A DNA stretch of 52,988 nucleotides from Candidatus Gastranaerophilales bacterium (GTDB lineage Bacteria > Cyanobacteriota > Vampirovibrionia > Gastranaerophilales > Gastranaerophilaceae): NCBI GenBank assembly GCA_944323325.1, contig CALUSF010000001.1:1-52988 (forward strand). The letters run 5' to 3'. Shown here piece after piece: positions 49,246-52,988 of this stretch. Positions within the stretch are counted from its first letter, which is position 1. The number at the start of each line of letters is the position of its first letter. Under the pieces are notes generated by a model, which was given only the letters and a program-made list of their open reading frames with translations, was not told the origin of the DNA and did no database searches. Made by a program: the position numbers and the translations under genes.

Positions 49246-50118
49246 CTACATTTCCAGATTCATTTGGGAGAATTGAACAATTTTATTCTTTCCTCTGTGT
49301 TTTGCATTATAAAGAGCATGTTCCGCGTATCTTATAACAGTATTTGCATCTTCATCCACATCCTGCATACAAGGATATGTTGATATACCGCCGGAAATTG
49401 TAACCTTGTGGGCTTCTTCTTCACCGGCAGGAACGAATTCCATTTTTTCAACTTCACGTCTGAATCTTTCGCCGAAAAGAAATGCATTTTCTTCCGCAGT
49501 ATTAGGAAGTACAAGTAAAAATTCTTCATCGCCGTAACGGGTAAGAATATCTTCTTTTCTGACCATTGCACTTAATTTATTTGCAATGTTTTTTAAAAGA
49601 ATATCACCCCATTCGTATCCGTACATATCGTTTACAACTTTAAAATAATCGATATCAAACAGTATACAAGATAATTTTGTACCGTAACGTTTTGAACGGG
49701 AAATTTCCTCTTCCAAACGCTCCTGTAAGTATTTTCTGTTATGCAAGCCCGTTAAATCATCCGTCGTAGAAACTCTCTCAAGTTTATCTTTAAACATTTT
49801 TATTTTTAATAAAGCGTTAACACGGACAACTAATTCGTCTTTATTAGAAGTATCTTTTATAAAATCATATCCTTCGGCTCTTACGGTCACATCACGCCTT
49901 ACGGGTCCGAGGAAAAGTATAGGACACGGGAACTTATTTGTCATAAGTGCATCTTTTGCCATATCAATATTCTCAACAATCATTAATGACGGATTAATAA
50001 CCGCATAATCTTTCATTTGATCTATTGAAACGACTCTTACATCAGCCTCATCAATATCCGTTAATGCGGCTTGCAGTTCCGGCATCGGTTTTGTTGAATA
50101 AATAACAATATTGCTCAT
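49246..50118 (-). CDS. GGDEF-domain protein with degenerate receiver-like N-terminus
   Basis: DDLTGLHNR, DIDYFK.VND.YG..GD, RKED..RYGDEEF, ALY.AK..GKN. Confidence 0.9.
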   Translation of the reverse strand: MSNIVIYSTKPMPELQAALTDIDEADVRVVSIDQMKDYAVINPSLMIVENIDMAKDALMTNKFPCPILFLGPVRRDVTVRAEGYDFIKDTSNKDELVVRVNALLKIKMFKDKLERVSTTDDLTGLHNRKYLQERLEEEISRSKRYGTKLSCILFDIDYFKVVNDMYGYEWGDILLKNIANKLSAMVRKEDILTRYGDEEFLLVLPNTAEENAFLFGERFRREVEKMEFVPAGEEEAHKVTISGGISTYPCMQDVDEDANTVIRYAEHALYNAKHRGKNKIVQFSQMNLEM

Positions 50119-50168
50119 AACTTATCCTCTTATTTTCTCTAAAATTATACTATATTAAATATACACTA

Positions 50169-50237
50169 ATTGTAACACTTTGTAAAACATTTTATGTTAA
50201 ATAATAAATTTAACATAATTAAACAAATTGTCACAAT
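50169..50237. promoter_or_regulatory. HLR1-like direct repeats on both strands of a divergent intergenic region
   Basis: Minus TTTACAAA-GT-GTTACAAT (50169-50186); plus TTAACATA-AT-TAAACAAA-TT-GTCACAAT (50210-50237). Confidence 0.55.
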
Positions 50238-50317
50238 ATTTAATATTTATTATATATTTGTTTAAACTATTGTATAATAGAATACTTTGTATTACATTAT
50301 TGAAAAAGGAGGTATAT

Positions 50318-50647
50318 ATGAAGATTCATGCAGTAAACATTTCGCAACAAAATTACACGAGGAATAACTATGTAAAATTGAATAGTAATACATCTAAGCA
50401 AGAGTCAATTAAATACTTAAATAATACAACTTTCAAAGGCGATAGAGGCGGCGCTATCGGCATATTAGCTGGAGCAGCATTGGGTGCTCTAGGGACAGCT
50501 TTCGTCATAGCCACTGGAGGATTAGCAGGTGTCGTGGCTGCTGTCGGTTATGGAGCTACAGTAACTGCAGGAGCAGCTTCATGTACACATCTTGGTGGTA
50601 TTGCAGGAAGTATTATTGAAGATAAAATTGAAGGCAAAAAAGATTAG
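50318..50647 (+). CDS. Gly/Ala-rich hydrophobic small protein (glycine-zipper-like)
   Basis: AGGAGG RBS; polar leader ending FKG, then GAIGILAGAALGALG. Confidence 0.8.
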   Translation: MKIHAVNISQQNYTRNNYVKLNSNTSKQESIKYLNNTTFKGDRGGAIGILAGAALGALGTAFVIATGGLAGVVAAVGYGATVTAGAASCTHLGGIAGSIIEDKIEGKKD

Positions 50648-50733
50648 TCTGATATAATTGACAACGGGTCGATATTAGCTTTATTATAAACTAAGTTTAC
50701 AAACATAAAAAGGATATGTGCATAGAAAAATAA

Positions 50734-51891
50734 ATGATTAATCCGATATCACAAAGTACGATTAAATGTCCCGTCTTTAAAAAAGCTGACAACAAAACTC
50801 AATATAATGTTGTAGGTCAAAAAGCCGCTGAATCTATAAGCAACGATTTGGACTTTCAAAAAAAAATCGTAGAACAAAATGAACGGCTTATTACAATAAA
50901 TGGTCTGTTTGCACTCACTTTTTTATTCGGAACATTTTTATTCAATTTAAAAACTCTTAATGAAATCTTTCGCAAAAAAGCAAATCGCCACATGCCGGCA
51001 AATTTAAGAAATTTCATATCTTTAAAAGACGACAATAAAGTTCCTGCCTTGGAAAATTGCAAAAGTATTAATCAAAATTTGAAGAATATACTTCAACGTC
51101 AGATTAACAATTTAAAAGCAGGAAGCGATGTTATGTCTGAAACGGGAGAACCGCAAGCCTCTAACCGATTACTTTTATATGGTCCTGCCGGTGTCGGAAA
51201 ATCATTTTTTGCCAAAATTTTTGCAAAATCCATAGATGCTGAATATATGGAAGTTATGTTTTCAGATTTTAACTCTATGTGGGTCGGTGAAGATGTAAAT
51301 AACTTAAAAAAGGTTTTTGAAGAAATTATCAAAACCGCAGAAAAAAATCCGAATAAAAAATATGTGGTAACTTTTAATGAAATTGATTCCTCGCTTGCAT
51401 CAAACAATGAAATTGTAAACTCCAAAGGTACGCACTGGGTAAGTATTTTAGAACAACGCTCCGTATTCTTAAATTATCTGGAAACACTAAAAACAAAAGT
51501 TCCTAATGTTACAATCATAGGAACCACTAATTTATCGCCCCGAAATAATGGTCTTGATAAAGCTGCCTTAAGCCGGTTTCAAAATCTCATTGAAGTTCCT
51601 TATCCGGACAAAGAATGTTTATATGAAGCCTTGAAAATGAATCTGGATAATATAAAAAACAAAGAGAAATTTTTTACAGAAAACGAAAAATCTCTAAAAG
51701 AGTTGGCGCAAAAAATGGCGGACAGGCAATTTTCGTTTAGAAATCTTGAATATATTATAAATGATGCAAAAGAATATCATCTTGATGATAATGTTAATGG
51801 TAAAAAAGGCGGATTTAAATTTGAATATCTGGAGAAAGCGGAGAACAACCTAAAATTTTCCGACGGAGAACTTGATAAAAAGCAAGTTTAA
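50734..51891 (+). CDS. AAA+ ATPase with N-terminal TM segment
   Basis: GPAGVGKS Walker A, VTFNEID Walker B variant, GTTN, AALSRF. Confidence 0.88.
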   Translation: MINPISQSTIKCPVFKKADNKTQYNVVGQKAAESISNDLDFQKKIVEQNERLITINGLFALTFLFGTFLFNLKTLNEIFRKKANRHMPANLRNFISLKDDNKVPALENCKSINQNLKNILQRQINNLKAGSDVMSETGEPQASNRLLLYGPAGVGKSFFAKIFAKSIDAEYMEVMFSDFNSMWVGEDVNNLKKVFEEIIKTAEKNPNKKYVVTFNEIDSSLASNNEIVNSKGTHWVSILEQRSVFLNYLETLKTKVPNVTIIGTTNLSPRNNGLDKAALSRFQNLIEVPYPDKECLYEALKMNLDNIKNKEKFFTENEKSLKELAQKMADRQFSFRNLEYIINDAKEYHLDDNVNGKKGGFKFEYLEKAENNLKFSDGELDKKQV

Positions 51892-52000
51892 TTCTGAACA
51901 ATTTAAACATCAAAAAAATATATTCCATTTACCTCTGTTTGTTTTATAATAGGATTATTAAGAATTAAGTAGCTTTATTTTTGATTAATAAGGAGGTCAA

Positions 52001-52702
52001 ATGGGCAAAATCGAAATTACGCACGAAATTGAAGAAAAGTGCTGTGTACACCGCGGGGTAAAAGGTGAACCCGCTCCAATCCCTCAAGAGGGCGAATGGA
52101 CTAAATGTAAAGAAATTAAAGATATTTCAGGTTTAACACACGGCTGCGGATGCTGTGCTCCTCAGCAGGGAACTTGCAAACTTACTTTAAACGTAAAAGA
52201 CGGAGTTATTCAAGAAGCATTAGTTGAAACTCTCGGCTGCTCAGGCATGACTCACTCTGCAGCTATGGCAGGTGAAATCCTTCCAGGAAAAACAATTCTT
52301 GAAGCTTTGAACACAGACCTTGTTTGTGACGCAATTAACGTTGCTATGAGAGAATTGTTCTTGCAAATCGTATACGGAAGAACTCAAACCGCGTTCTCTG
52401 AAAACGGACTTCCGATTGGTGCAGGTCTTGAAGACTTAGGAAAAGGTCTGCGTTCACAAGTCGGTACTATCCACTCCACAAAACAAAAAGGGGTTAGATA
52501 CCTTGAACTTGCCGAAGGTTATATCTTGGAACTCGGTCTTGACAAAAACGACGAAGTTATCGGATACAAATTCGTAAACTTGGGTAAAGTTATGGACGCA
52601 ATTAAAGCAGGCGTTGATCCTAAGGAAGCTTACGAAAAGAATATCGGAACTTACGGCAGATTTGCTGATGCCGTTAAGACTATCGACCCGAGAAAAGAAT
52701 AG
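52001..52702 (+). CDS. NifU/IscU-like protein that accompanies GGGtGRT proteins
   Basis: PAPIPQEG, CAPQQGTCKL, GCSGMTHS, NTDLVCDAIN, IDPRKE; AGGAGG RBS. Confidence 0.85.
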   Translation: MGKIEITHEIEEKCCVHRGVKGEPAPIPQEGEWTKCKEIKDISGLTHGCGCCAPQQGTCKLTLNVKDGVIQEALVETLGCSGMTHSAAMAGEILPGKTILEALNTDLVCDAINVAMRELFLQIVYGRTQTAFSENGLPIGAGLEDLGKGLRSQVGTIHSTKQKGVRYLELAEGYILELGLDKNDEVIGYKFVNLGKVMDAIKAGVDPKEAYEKNIGTYGRFADAVKTIDPRKE

Positions 52703-52709
52703 TAAAAAA

Positions 52710-52830
52710 GTGACTAGTGAATAGTGATTAGTGAATAGAATTTTGCTAAGAGCTTTTTATTAGTCATAGAGTACGATTATTGAAAATAGTAGAAATTTAG
52801 TCTATTCACTACTCACTATTCACTAATCAC
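52710..52830. repeat. 121-bp element with 30-bp inverted arms built from TAGTGAN heptamers
   Basis: 52710-52739 versus reverse complement of 52801-52830: 28/30 identical. Confidence 0.9.
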
Positions 52831-52866
52831 AAAAATACAACAATCAAAGAAAAGAGGAAATTATAT

Positions 52867-52988
52867 ATGACAGTAAAATTTGAAGGACAAGACAGGCGCG
52901 AAGCTACTCTGAAAAAAGTTTTACCTGAATACGGTTTCAAATCTTTGGAAGATGCTCGCGAATTATGCTTATCAAAAGGCATTGATGT
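52867..52988 (+). CDS. Probable GGGtGRT protein, N-terminal fragment
   Basis: MTVKFEGQDRREATLKKVLPEYGFKSLEDARELCLSKGID; GAGG RBS; follows the NifU-like gene. Confidence 0.7.
   Translation, partial: MTVKFEGQDRREATLKKVLPEYGFKSLEDARELCLSKGID

Overview
A low-GC (roughly one-third G+C by eye), gene-dense bacterial chromosome segment. The gene mix points to a non-photosynthetic cyanobacterial relative (Melainabacteria/Vampirovibrionia, probably Gastranaerophilales); this is inference from DUF3326, short MetG, MinCDE with acidic tails, GFTLAEVL-type pilin-like genes, a porin and a split archaeal-type glutamate synthase. Recognisable genes: metG, minCDE, four glycosyltransferase-type genes, an FNT channel, a porin, NupC, HEAT-queC-DUF366-SPOR, MTAP, YggT, ComM, PilZ, tripartite GltB, smpB, alr, miaB, argS, nrnA, a GGDEF protein and a NifU-like/GGGtGRT pair. 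No rRNA, tRNA, CRISPR array or transposase was seen. Most notable observations: (1) two small orphan genes 19 kb apart share an ungapped 76-bp upstream element (63/76 identical), a DP-x-K[IL]DSR protein motif and their own terminators; (2) HLR1/RpaB-like direct repeats at several promoters; (3) an apparent sigma28 promoter ahead of a nonsense-split HEXXH gene; (4) a shared N-terminal F-[KR]-[GSK] leader on effector-like proteins; (5) a membrane-anchored nucleotidyltransferase-fold protein; (6) queC-DUF366 next to a degenerate DUF262 gene; (7) many apparently leaderless genes; (8) a heptamer-built inverted repeat element.
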